From positions 99,812-163,811 of the forward strand of contig NW_019217956.1 of the NCBI RefSeq assembly GCF_002571385.2: a stretch of 64,000 bases of DNA. The letters run 5' to 3'. The position numbers and the translations under genes were made by a program. Below the pieces are notes generated by a model. It did not search any database. It saw nothing but the letters and a program-made list of their open reading frames with translations, and had not been told where the DNA came from. Position 1 is the first letter of the stretch. Each line of letters opens with the position of its first letter. The DNA is from Stylophora pistillata (Eukaryota). Below are positions 1 through 10,515 of this stretch, one piece after another.

Positions 1-500
1 GGCAGGGCGGTTTTATTCCTGTCTTAAGTGCCCACTATCCGCTCCCCATAGGGAGTAATTATGTCCTCTCGGTCTTGTCAACGTGGTGGTACGGCGATTG
101 AATCTGACAATGTCAGGATTTTAATGCCCGAAAATGAAAATATAAAGAAAAGAAAAGAAAATAAGGCTGTTTGTAGTTTAGTGGACGGAGTTCTTCATCG
201 TCCCTTTATTATCCAACTGCGCTAAACTAGGATACTTAAAGGAGCGTTTTCAGTACAAATCTCCTTGCAGGCCGGTGAAAATTCTCAGAATGCTACACAC
301 CAAAACGTCTTTAAATATATATATATATATATATTTTTTTTTTTATTGTACCAACTGTTTCAAACATTGCTCGTTTGGTATTTGGAGTTATGGAAGTTTG
401 GCCTTAAAAATTCAAGTACCAAAACTCCATACAACCCCAGGCAAGTTTATAATCTCTTGCCCCAAAGCATGACCAAGTCTCTTGTTTATCTACTGTACAG

Positions 501-3500
501 ATGGAAGTACGTAACCTGGCCATTGTGTTTGGCCCAACCATCATAAGGACTGGGGACGACTCCATGATGGCCATGGTGAAAGACATGTCGGACCAGTGTC
601 GCATAGTTGAAACACTTATATCCGAGGTAGGTTTAGTAGCGAGTCGTTAAATCTTTTATGTGGTTCTAACTTTATCGCGGTTCAAGTTTAATTTGTACTA
701 AAACTTGCAAACTTTGTTTCAGTGCGATTGGTTTTTTGAGGAGTCTGAAGGTGACGAATGTCCAGTGAAGGTATTATTCAATTATTTTTTCCCATCTTTT
801 GAGTTTCTTCTTTTAATTGTGGTTTTTGTCAGTTCCTCTGTTGAAAGGGGACTCAAGCGAATCTGAATTGCTTTGTGAATCTTATAAGTTAAGCATTGTA
901 CTTCTGCGCATGTGTTGGACGGGTTAAATGGGCACTAGCAAAGGTAGGTTGATCCACACACCATACCCAGATCCAAAAAAATGTCAACAAGCACAACTTG
1001 ATCCTTATTTCAGGTCCAGTTGATCTTTCTTCTAATATTTGTTTATCTGACTTGGCAATCGCCATCAAATTATTCGAGTTGAGGCCGTTCCCTAATGTTT
1101 TGTTCGTCTTTTTTCAGAGCATTTTTTAGTTGACGTAAATAATCCCAGATTGTATTGGTTTTGCCCTTCTTCTTTCAGTGATTGGTCCTGAATACTCGTG
1201 CCACGGTCTCAACCAATCACGATGTAAAACTAAAACCAATCACGACTTGGTCACCCGTGTTTTCCCGCGCTTTATGCAGTTTGCTTGTTTTTATTTTGAG
1301 TTCTGATTGGCTCATTAAAGGTATTTTCCTTTCTTATGATTGGTCGCTATGATAACTTCGGTTTTCGTTTTACAACACTAAATCGAAAAGCGCTCTAAAC
1401 TTGGCGTTTTCCCGCCTTTTACTAACGGCGCTGTGTGTTAAACCACGGTTATGTAAAACTTAGACTGATTGTAATTGAGTTTTTTATATTGAATTTTTCC
1501 TGATAGGCCCTCCCACCAGGCCAAGAAACCCTTCAAGAACATATCCTGTCTCAAAATGTATTGAGTTCTTTAGGACAAGTTGCTGTAAATTTCGGTGAGT
1601 TCACAGTTATTTACCTTTTTGTCGAACAAGGGAAACCATACAAACCTGAGGTTAACCAAAATAGCGAATATCTTGTCGAATCGAATAGCAGTTGGCGAGA
1701 ACAACAGATTTTTCCTTTGTGACAACCAGATCTAAAACTGTAATACCGTTGTTTAACCTTCATGTGGCACAAAGTGTAATAACACTCCAGATCCACACCC
1801 ATGGCAAGGGTTACAACTGCTTGCAATACGGTCAATTAGGAGATAGAATATCCTTGCAAACCACGTAACTGAAATGGATTCTGTGTCTGTGTACTCATGT
1901 TTGTTTCGCGAGGTTTCCAATAACGTTCGCATATTTCATGTATTGTTTCCACAAGATTAGGAAATATAGCAAGGAGGAGTTAAACTAGAGAGCATATTTA
2001 CCAGGCTGTTACCTTAATTATTAATTGATTATTAATTTTTTATTATCTTTCCACATTAGGAGATGATGGGTCATATAAACCGAAGGTGAGCGTTTTTTGT
2101 TTTGTTTTGTTTCGTACTGTTTTGTTCCTCCTTTTCATTCGATATGTCAGTTCTGACTTAGAGAGTTTCAGATGTCTTCTCAGCTAATATGGTTTTTTTC
2201 CAGCCACTTTCGTGTAAATCGTGAACAGTTACGATTGTTGATCGGACGTATGAAATAAAATGTTGATATAAGGGTTCCTAAAGACTAAATCAGGGATAGT
2301 GGGTCACAATCAATCAATCAATCAATCAATCAATTTATTTAACGTGGTCAGAACGCTTAGCTAAAAGCTAGTTTACAAGTACGCCACGAAATAAATAGAG
2401 AAAAGGAAATTATAAAGCCTTGTGAAGGTATATAAATTTAAATAAATTAAGAATTAAGAACTAGCTAATATTAAAATATAAGAATTTAATAATGTAGTCA
2501 CCGAGTTGAATATATAAAATATAAAATGTAATCATTAAAAACAGGAAATATAATTAAAGATAGATCCTCACCGCGCTAGAGTCCTGTGAGATCTGTTTTA
2601 AAGTAATTTTTAAAACTAGTAAATGTTTGTATCTTTCGAGACTCGTCCGGTAAAGCGTTCCATAGTTTCGATGCAGCATATCTCCATGATCAAGGCACTT
2701 AATTTGTGCCTTAACCATTTCTTATACTCACTGTTGGTTTTACAGTCCAGCGGAATATCTCTTCATATCCCAAAGTTCCGAAGTGGTAAAAGTTCAAAGT
2801 CCGACTCGGGTCAGGGCAGCTCCTCTGATGGACCGCTGTCCGATTCTCAGGGATCCGAGGGTTCGCCTCCTCTTGAGAGATCTCCAGTGGTGAGAGTTCT
2901 GTCAGGTGACGGGTCGAGATCTAACTCTCCTACCATGGAACGATCAACAAGATTCAGCGGCAAGAGGAGCACAGAGAGCGCCCCAGGCTCTCTCCAGTTG
3001 GTGTTAGAACCCCCAGACGCAGAGTTTAGAGCTAAAGGACCAGGTTCCCTCAAGGCTTATTCATACGCAATGCCACCCCCTCCGTCATATCGACGTGTTA
3101 GCTCCCAGAAAAGATCGAGCAGTCCTGGGTCACCTGAGCAGCCGCTTGCACCTTTTGATGTCACTTTTGCCATGGTGCAGGATACAGAGACGAAGAAGTC
3201 ACCTGACGAACCACCCAGTGACCAGGACAACACTCCCAAGCCGAGCTTCTCTTCCTTCAGTGAAGAGACGCGCCGGAGGCTGCTGAGGCTTAACCTTCAA
3301 AAGAAAGCCGCGGAGAAGAGGCGACAGAGTGAAGACAGGGGAGTGACATCCCCGACGTCACCGCATAGTGAAAGGAGCGTGGATGTACCGCGTGAGCGGA
3401 AGATGTCGGATCAGGGCGTGTTTGAGAGTACTGATCAGCCGAGTAGTAGCAGCACTAGCCGCAGTAGCAGTACGCACAGCAGCAAGAACCCGTCGCTAGA

Positions 3501-5229
3501 TTCGCTTCATGTTACGGTTCAACCTTACCAGGATAAAATGGCTGGTGTAACTGTTCACAGCGAAGCAGCGCGTATAAACAATAGCGTGAAGGCAATGCCT
3601 TTTCCAAACGAGGTGGTCCATCACGAGCCATCGCCAAGATCCGACGAAACCGTGGTGGCTGTTGTGAAAGGGAGAGGAGTAGTGTCTGGGACACTGAGGC
3701 AGTTGGAAACGTCTAGGAGGCCAGCTAGTCTGGATCTCAAGACAAAACGAGACAGCTCGGAAGAGCACCGCCTGGCCAGAAGATCCTTGGGTTCTGAAGA
3801 GAGCAGTGATACCTCCAGCGACGAAGGAAACGAATGCGCCATCAGTATGTCCAGGACATTTGACGAAAAGCTACGGATTTTACTGGATTTGGAGAACACA
3901 TATGGAAATAAGGAAAGCAGAGTTGAGTCACAAAACGATGGGGATAGATCTTCTGTGAGAGGCGAACCTCTAAAGAGACCAATCCCGAGTGGCGTAGATA
4001 TGGCACAACGGCGATCATCCGTTGAACCAGGCAGAATCTACAAAATTGTTGGAGTGAGCCCCTCAACTGATTCTCAAGGAGAAATGTCCAGCGCATCAAA
4101 TTCTGAAACAACAACAACTCCAAGGAAGGCAGAAAATCCAGTAAGAGAGCGGAAATCAAACAGTGTAATAGAAATAAACACTAGTAAATATTTTACGGTC
4201 CCTTCATCTGACGATCGGCCGAAGTCGCAGCCTTCCTCCCCACCGAGGAGGGTCAGCGTTGAAAGCACACCCGAGGTTTCTTCCAGAAAGGTGGGTACGT
4301 TACGGCAGAGATTTGAGAGCACCTCAAGTAGACTGTCTGACAACACGACACCTCGGAGTAGTAGCCAAAATAGGGGGAGAGATTTCCCATCTTCCTTTGC
4401 TGCTCGGAGAAAAATCGGATCCGTTCATACAACGACTCCGGTTTCGTTGAAAGAGTTTAACGTCAAACCAAGTGTTACGAAGACTCCAGGGGGTCAGCCT
4501 GTTCAAGTGGCAGGGAGCTCGCGGGGCATGAAACGAGAAACAGCACAGAGACCACCAGAGAGCCGAACGGTGAGCTCAAGGAATATTCGGCTTGAGTCCA
4601 GCCCAGCAAAACACTTATCCACATCACCAGCTAGATTCAGCTCTGGAAGAACTGATAGAGGCCTCGACTGGAATGTGCCACGGTCAAGAATGAATGTTTC
4701 TTTAGTCAACGACAGGTCAAAAGGGCAGCCAGTCGTAACTAAAACACAGGCAGCGCCCAGAGTAGTGAGTAGAGAGTATGGAACCAAATCTAAACTCTTA
4801 TCTCACAAAGACTCTGCTAAAGAGCTACTGCCTTCTAAAGCTAGGATACCGTCAAGGGACGCAAGAGGCTCTCAGACCCAGCGTAAGCTGGAGAAGGACG
4901 CACAACACATCGCTGAGTTACTGGAGGAGATGCACAGCGAGCGACATTTGCACTTGTCTCGTCAGCAGTCAGACATTTCAGGACAGGCGCAGAAAGCCGC
5001 TGCCCAGCGTGCTGCTTTCCGCAGCCGCAGGCGTTCATTGGGAGATGATAACAACCCCAGTCTTGTACAACAGAGGCCGACCTCACCTGGGCAAGAAAAG
5101 GAAAGTTTGCCTGTTTATAAAGGAAGGGAAGTAAGCCAAGGAAACTACCGCGCATGGCCTCGCGAAGTTGACTCAAGACCAGATAGCCCGCAGCGTGGAA
5201 GCCGTGGTGTTTATACCGTCACGAGCTGA
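501..5229 (+). CDS. ARHGAP21: Rho GTPase-activating protein, ARHGAP21/23-like; last five coding exons (gene begins upstream of window)
   Basis: GT-AG exons 501-626 ([42 protein letters not shown], end of RhoGAP domain, closely resembling ARHGAP21/23), 723-770 (CDWFFEES...), 1507-1594, 2060-2085 and a terminal exon 2746-5229 (Ser/Pro/Arg-rich tail ending GVYTVTS*). Intron phases are consistent (0,0,1,0). The symbol is family-level; 21 and 23 cannot be resolved. Confidence 0.88.
1117..1396. mobile_element. MITE-like non-autonomous DNA element in RhoGAP intron
   Basis: Termini AGAGC...GCTCT with internal inverted AACCAATC/GATTGG motifs. A related degenerate copy lies near 37950-38200. Confidence 0.55.
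2307..2680 (-). mobile_element. 5'-truncated CR1/L2-type LINE 3' end with microsatellite tail
   Basis: Minus strand reads [31 protein letters not shown] (the WNxLP...FK C-terminus typical of CR1/L2 ORF2), followed by a 3' UTR and an (AATC)n tail at about 2307-2334. Confidence 0.7.
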
Positions 5230-6130
5230 CGTCTGCATCGTTACATAACATATTAGTGATGGAAATAGTTCAGCTGACCCAAATTGCTGGCTTGTACGAC
5301 CTCGAGCCACTTTGATTCCAACCTTTTACCCCTTTGGCTTTTTGATCCTTTCTTTAACTGTTTTTAACTAAAATATTTCATTGTTCTTTTTTTTCTTTTT
5401 TTCATAAGCACGTAGAAAAAAATATTTATATATAAATATGTATCTTTGTATTTTTAAGAAATCTTAATCATTGTCACGCAATATCTCTGTATTATTGTAA
5501 TCAAATTATTTTAGCAAATAGAAAGAATGCTGCTTTTTAAACCCCTTTTTGATCTTTTGAAGCTGTTGTAAGCTTCAGTGAGCAGCGGAAAATGCTTGGA
5601 GACCTGTAAAAATTGATTTCTACTTTCCATTTGTCATGTTATAACAAAAACAAAAAGAATGCATTGCGAGATTGAAGGCATATTTTAACTTCTAGGGCCA
5701 TGTTCCCTTCTAGGAATAGTGAAAGTAAGTTATTGGTAATATATATTTCCTTCAGTATCAAGGGAAAAGTACTCTGATTGTAAACAGAGGGTCAAATTTT
5801 AATGGTTTTGTTGTACAGAAAAAAATTTGCAGCTAGGTCAGTGGTGACGCTTTGGTTGCGCATTTTGTTATCTTGTTGATGGTACGACGTCACTCGCTGT
5901 GCTTATAAGTCTGCTCACAGACCTTTATGTTATAAAACTTTTGTTTTTTTCGTGGAAAAATTTTTAATTATTACTTCATCTTCCATTTCTTCATATGTAA
6001 GATAAAGTTATTTTTTCGACGAAGTGCTATTCTGAAAAATTGAGTCGCCCAACGTTTTTTATAAAAAATTAATTCATTTAATAAAAGTTTACAAGACTGC
6101 AAATTATTAAAAGTAAGAGCCTCATTCTTT

Positions 6131-6339
6131 GTTAACCCTTTTTTACTCCCATGAGTGACCAAGACAGAATTTCACCTCACAATATCAATTCAATATCAAA
6201 CAGACAAGTAATGAGAATCAAGAAAATTATCAACTGAATGTAGTTGATCTAGTACTAAATTCTCCAAACCTACATCATAAAAATTGTGTGATAGACAGTA
6301 AGGAGAATTTCTAATCAGATCATGGGAGTGAATGGGTTA
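6131..6339. mobile_element. ~200-bp dispersed MITE (TTAACCC...GGGTTA ends, piggyBac-like)
   Basis: The same family recurs at about 33931-34135, 34708-34920, 35900-36095 and 44070-44245, with fragments elsewhere. Shared core: GGAGAATTTG/CAAATTCTCC and ATGAGAAT. Confidence 0.7.
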
Positions 6340-7496
6340 CGACTTAAAAGATTTCTATTTTTAAATCATTTTTATATCTTACCTGTGCGAAAAAAGGCTT
6401 CTATAAATTTCAATGTTCCACTTGCAAGCGCGTAGCCTTGTAAGGTTTGTATAGTTTGTTATCAAGGGTGTATTCTTATATCAATATATAGAAGTATTTC
6501 TGCCTTAGTGTGAAAAGTTATGTGGACAATTGAGGCTGCGCGATAATTGTGGTAATTAATGTTAATTTTCGTTTCGGATAACTGAATGGAGTAAGTATCG
6601 ACATGGTATCGAGGAAGTCGTGATGACAAGTCAATTTTTTCGTTCAAATGTGTCCTACAGCTTTACCAACAAACCGTGAGTGGTACTGCTAAAATTTGTT
6701 GTAGAAAATTTTTTGCACCTCTGTTCCTGAACTTTTTAACTTTTTTAAACTGTTTTGTTCACATTTGTTTGAGGAATTTATGGTTAGGAGGCATCTAAAT
6801 CCTCGAAGCCTCCAAGTGGAGTATTTTTCAAATCCGCACACCATCACTCGTGGAATGTAACAGAATCGTCTTTCAATAATCACTACTAGGCTTCAAATTG
6901 TCGTGGAAATGGACTTGTCTTCACGATTTACTTTAGTATTTTCCCTATCCTAAATGCAATTGTAGATTGCGGGCGAATTGAATGACTGTTTAATACTGTA
7001 AGTTATTTACAGCGAATTGATTAAAAATCAAATGTATTGTGAGTATATTAACAAGTGTAATTGTGCATTTCTCGAAAGCTTTTCCAGCAGCTTAGATTTT
7101 ATTTTCCTCAAAGCTTTTCTTCTCTCCAACCTCCCCGCAAGTCGGTATTAGCCTTTATTATGCAACTGGCTATGCCCGTGGGCAACGTGAAGCGAATCCT
7201 GTCTTCTGATCGGCAACTCGAGAATCTTGCCTGCTCGGGATTACCCGCTTTGATGCCTCGAAAGGAAAACATTGCGTGGAGCGGACTTAGAAAGTTCGCA
7301 ATTTTTGGACCGTGTCGGCGATGTAGTCGGAAAAGACGAGAGAAGACAATCAAACAAAGAAAACGTAAACGACTCTTGAGGGTTTATTGTGCAAAAGGCA
7401 CAGTTAACTTTCTTTCCCGGCTCTCCAAATATAAACAAGTCATTCTTTATTCCTAATAAAACGAAATATTCCTGCTATATATATAATCAATCCTTT

Positions 7497-7655
7497 ATTA
7501 ACCAAGCTTGTTCAGTCAAGACGACTGGATATTAGCGTTGTTCTTTCTTTGCGTCAGTTAGGGACCTCGACTTCGTTTCGGTCTGTAATTATAAAATCGC
7601 AAAAAAGAACTCCCAACAATATCCAGCCACCTTGACTGAACAAGCTCGGCCATAA
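7497..7655. mobile_element. Short palindromic MITE remnant
   Basis: CAAGCTTGTTCAGTCAAG..CTGGATATT is the inverse of AATATCCAG..CTTGACTGAACAAGCT. Confidence 0.55.
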
Positions 7656-8679
7656 CGTATATGAAATGCAAGCGTCTTATGGGGGCCAGTTAACGTTAAC
7701 AAGCTCGCAATCGTTTATTCAACCGGCCGTGTTTGACTTAGAATTAAATTGGACGGTGTGGAGTGGGGGCGGGAAAGGCGAGGAAATTTCTATTGCACCA
7801 CCTTCTCCCCTCTCATTCTTTTTGGCCATCACTCGCCCCATTGTTAAAACTTTCTTTCTCTCCTGAGCTTTCCGCTGCTGGCAAAATTTAAGATGGCGGC
7901 TATATTTTCACTAGGCATGGAATTAATAAGCGTTTGTTCGCCAAAATACACCCGTCCTGCAAGCCATGTCAGTCCGTCCATGTTTTCTCTCCTTATGTCC
8001 CTTGTCTCCCTTATCCCTTGACTTCTTATTTTTCCCTCTTCCCTTCATTTTTCGCTCGTTCGTGCAAACTTGCTGCCTAGAAAAGGTTACGACTTCGTCT
8101 ATTTGTATAAACCGTGTGACGATAGGTTTTCGCGCATAAACAGACTTCTCGCGGAGATCGCAACAACAACGGGGGAAAACAGCTCGGTGGCCGCGAGACA
8201 ATTCGGCAGCGGGAACCGGAAACTCGTCACGATTTCCTAGTACACGGAGATCTACTTCAAGCGAACTTGTACGGATGTCAAGGAGAAGACCGACAGCTTT
8301 TGGTTCCACAATAGTTTATTTCTAATTCATGCCAATAAGCGACATGAACAGTAACGTTCTACTGTGACACGAAGGCGCACCATATAAGGAAGTCTTCCCT
8401 GGGAAGACCTATGCTCATTTGTCACTCATCGTTGACGTGCACGGGTCAAATTTAAAATGGCGGGCGATTTGAATACTCGAAAGGTAAGGTATACGAGAAT
8501 TCTTGTGCCTTTCCTGTCTTTACTTCCCCTAGATTTGAAATATCTTTATCTGACGCCAAGTAGTACTTCACGGATTAGAATTTTATTAGACGAAGGTTTA
8601 ATCGAGGAGCTGACCGGTTGGCTTACCGTGAACAACGAGGAGATCGTTCGAGTAGAGAAGCCACGAAAGAAAAATTGAA

Positions 8680-10515
8680 CGCCAGGTAATTTGCTTCCGG
8701 CCGAACGTAAGGCGCTGGGAGCCTTGAAACGTGACTCTGAGTTAAACCTCAGAAAGGCCGACAAAGGAACAGCAACCGTAGTCATGAACAAACGCGACAA
8801 AATTTTAGAAGGCCAAACTCTACTAGATAACAAAGATAACTACAGGCCTCTTGCATCACCCATGGTCAAAGAGACGGACTATAAGGTCAGATGACTTATT
8901 GCAGACCTCTACAATGGCAGTCATATAGACGACATGACTAAAAAATGGCTTTTTCAAACCCCAAATCCGCCTCGAATTCCAGAATTCTACACCCTAACAA
9001 AAATACACAAACCTTCCCCCGTCGGCAGACCGATAGTAGGGAACTTAAGCAGTCACGACGGCAACGCCACGGAAGACGTCGATTAAAAAATGAGCTTCTA
9101 CTTTTAGTTAGAATTTCGAAAATGGCTGCATGTGTTTACCGTCTCATAGGGCGCCAGACCTTAAACTCAACATAACGCATAAAAGTGGCATTGAGTTCCA
9201 AATGTAAATTAAAATAATTTGCCGCCGCCGTTTCGGTTCGCAGACGAACCAAATTTTGGGGATTTCACATTGTTGTTTTGCAAAGGACGGCTGAGAAATG
9301 TACAAAGTTTTAAAACGCACATGCTGGGCTATTGTTCTGCCAATTAGATCTATTGTTTTTCCACGTTCTCGTTGCCGTCGCCGTCGTGGTTTGCTTAAAT
9401 TCCCTAGTGTCAGGGTGTGATGGCCTTACAGAGAAACCTATCATCATTTGTCGACAAACTCCTTCAGCCGATAGCACAAAAACAAAAGTCGCATCTTAAG
9501 GATACTACAGACTTCGTCAATTTCATACGAAAGTCCCGGAGAACGTAAAAGTTGTTTCGATGGACGTTATGAGCTTATATACAAATGTACCAGAAGAGGA
9601 AGGAATAGACACTGTATGCAAAGCATACGAAATATACTACAGAAACGGAACTCCTATCCCTACACAACTACTAAAACAAGCGCTTAGTCTAATTCTCCAA
9701 GAAAATTCTTTCCATTTTGATGGAAAACACTACCTTCAAACACATGGTACGACCATGGGCACGAAAATGGCAGTCGCCTTTTCTAATATTTTCACCAACA
9801 AGGCAGAGAGAGAAATCCTTGACAAAAGCCTTTTCAAACGGCTTGTTTGGAAACGTTACATAGACGACATCTTCTCGCTATGGAGCCCAAACAAAGCAAC
9901 AATAGAACGTTTCATTGAAAAAGCAAACAACCATCGTCCAACAATAAAATTTATGGCTGAAATTTCTGATAAGGAATCAAACAACATTCCTGGACACGGC
10001 TACAAAGGCGAACGATTCGAAAAGGACGCAATTCATTTTAGTATACACACTATAGTTCCTGTCACCCACAAGGAGTTAAGAAAGGCTTCATAAAAGGGGA
10101 GGCCCTTAGACTTCTCAGAACAAACTCCTCTCAAACGATATTCCAGGAGAAAATTGCAAATTTTAAAGCGCATTTGTTGAAGAGAGGCTATCCAGAGGAC
10201 CTCATTAACACAACCCTCTCAGAGGTGAATTTCAAAAACAGGAAATTAGCTCTTCAACAGAAACCGAAGACGAGCCAACGAATCTTGCCTTTTGTTACAC
10301 AATACCAACCATCAGTGCCACACAGAAAGCAAATTCTCATGAAAAACTGGCATTTAATAGAAACACAACCACTACTGAGCGAACTATACAAAATCCGCCG
10401 CTCGTATTTTACAAAAGAGGGCGGTCGCTCAAAGACACTCGTGAGGGCTAAACTTTGAATAGGCTACTCTAAACACGCGCTAGGGAGTCGTGTAGGCCTG
10501 TCAACCCCATCTAAC
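8680..10515 (+). mobile_element. Penelope-like retroelement, copy A (decayed RT, no GIY-YIG endonuclease)
   Basis: Frameshifted RT fragments: LRKADKGTATVVMNK; FQTPNPPRIPEFYTLTKIHKP..GRPIVSGCDG; MDVMSLYTNVP; QTHGTTMGTKMA; WKRYIDDIF (catalytic YIDD); thumb KRGYP..PFVTQYQP..LVRAKL* (TGA 10456-10458). The 5' boundary is approximate. Confidence 0.9.
9038..9405. mobile_element. MITE inserted in PLE copy A, 3-bp TSD AGT (PIF/Harbinger-related)
   Basis: Imperfect TIRs AGGGAACTTAAGC..ACGACGGC / GCCGTCGTGG..GCTTAAATTCCCT. AGT is duplicated at 9035-9037 and 9406-9408. Removing the element restores CCG ATA GTG TCA GGG TGT GAT GGC (PIVSGCDG). Confidence 0.88.

Noticed and set aside
2623-2745. N-terminal 41 aa of the 868-aa ORF
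   Set aside because: Intronic read-through overlapping a LINE remnant. A phase-0 acceptor at 2745 joins the RhoGAP exons.
10456-10500. Selenocysteine read-through at TGA (TGC in copy C) with a SECIS-like hairpin
   Set aside because: No AUGA/GA quartet, and the read-through in copy C gives only a short peptide with no nuclease motif.
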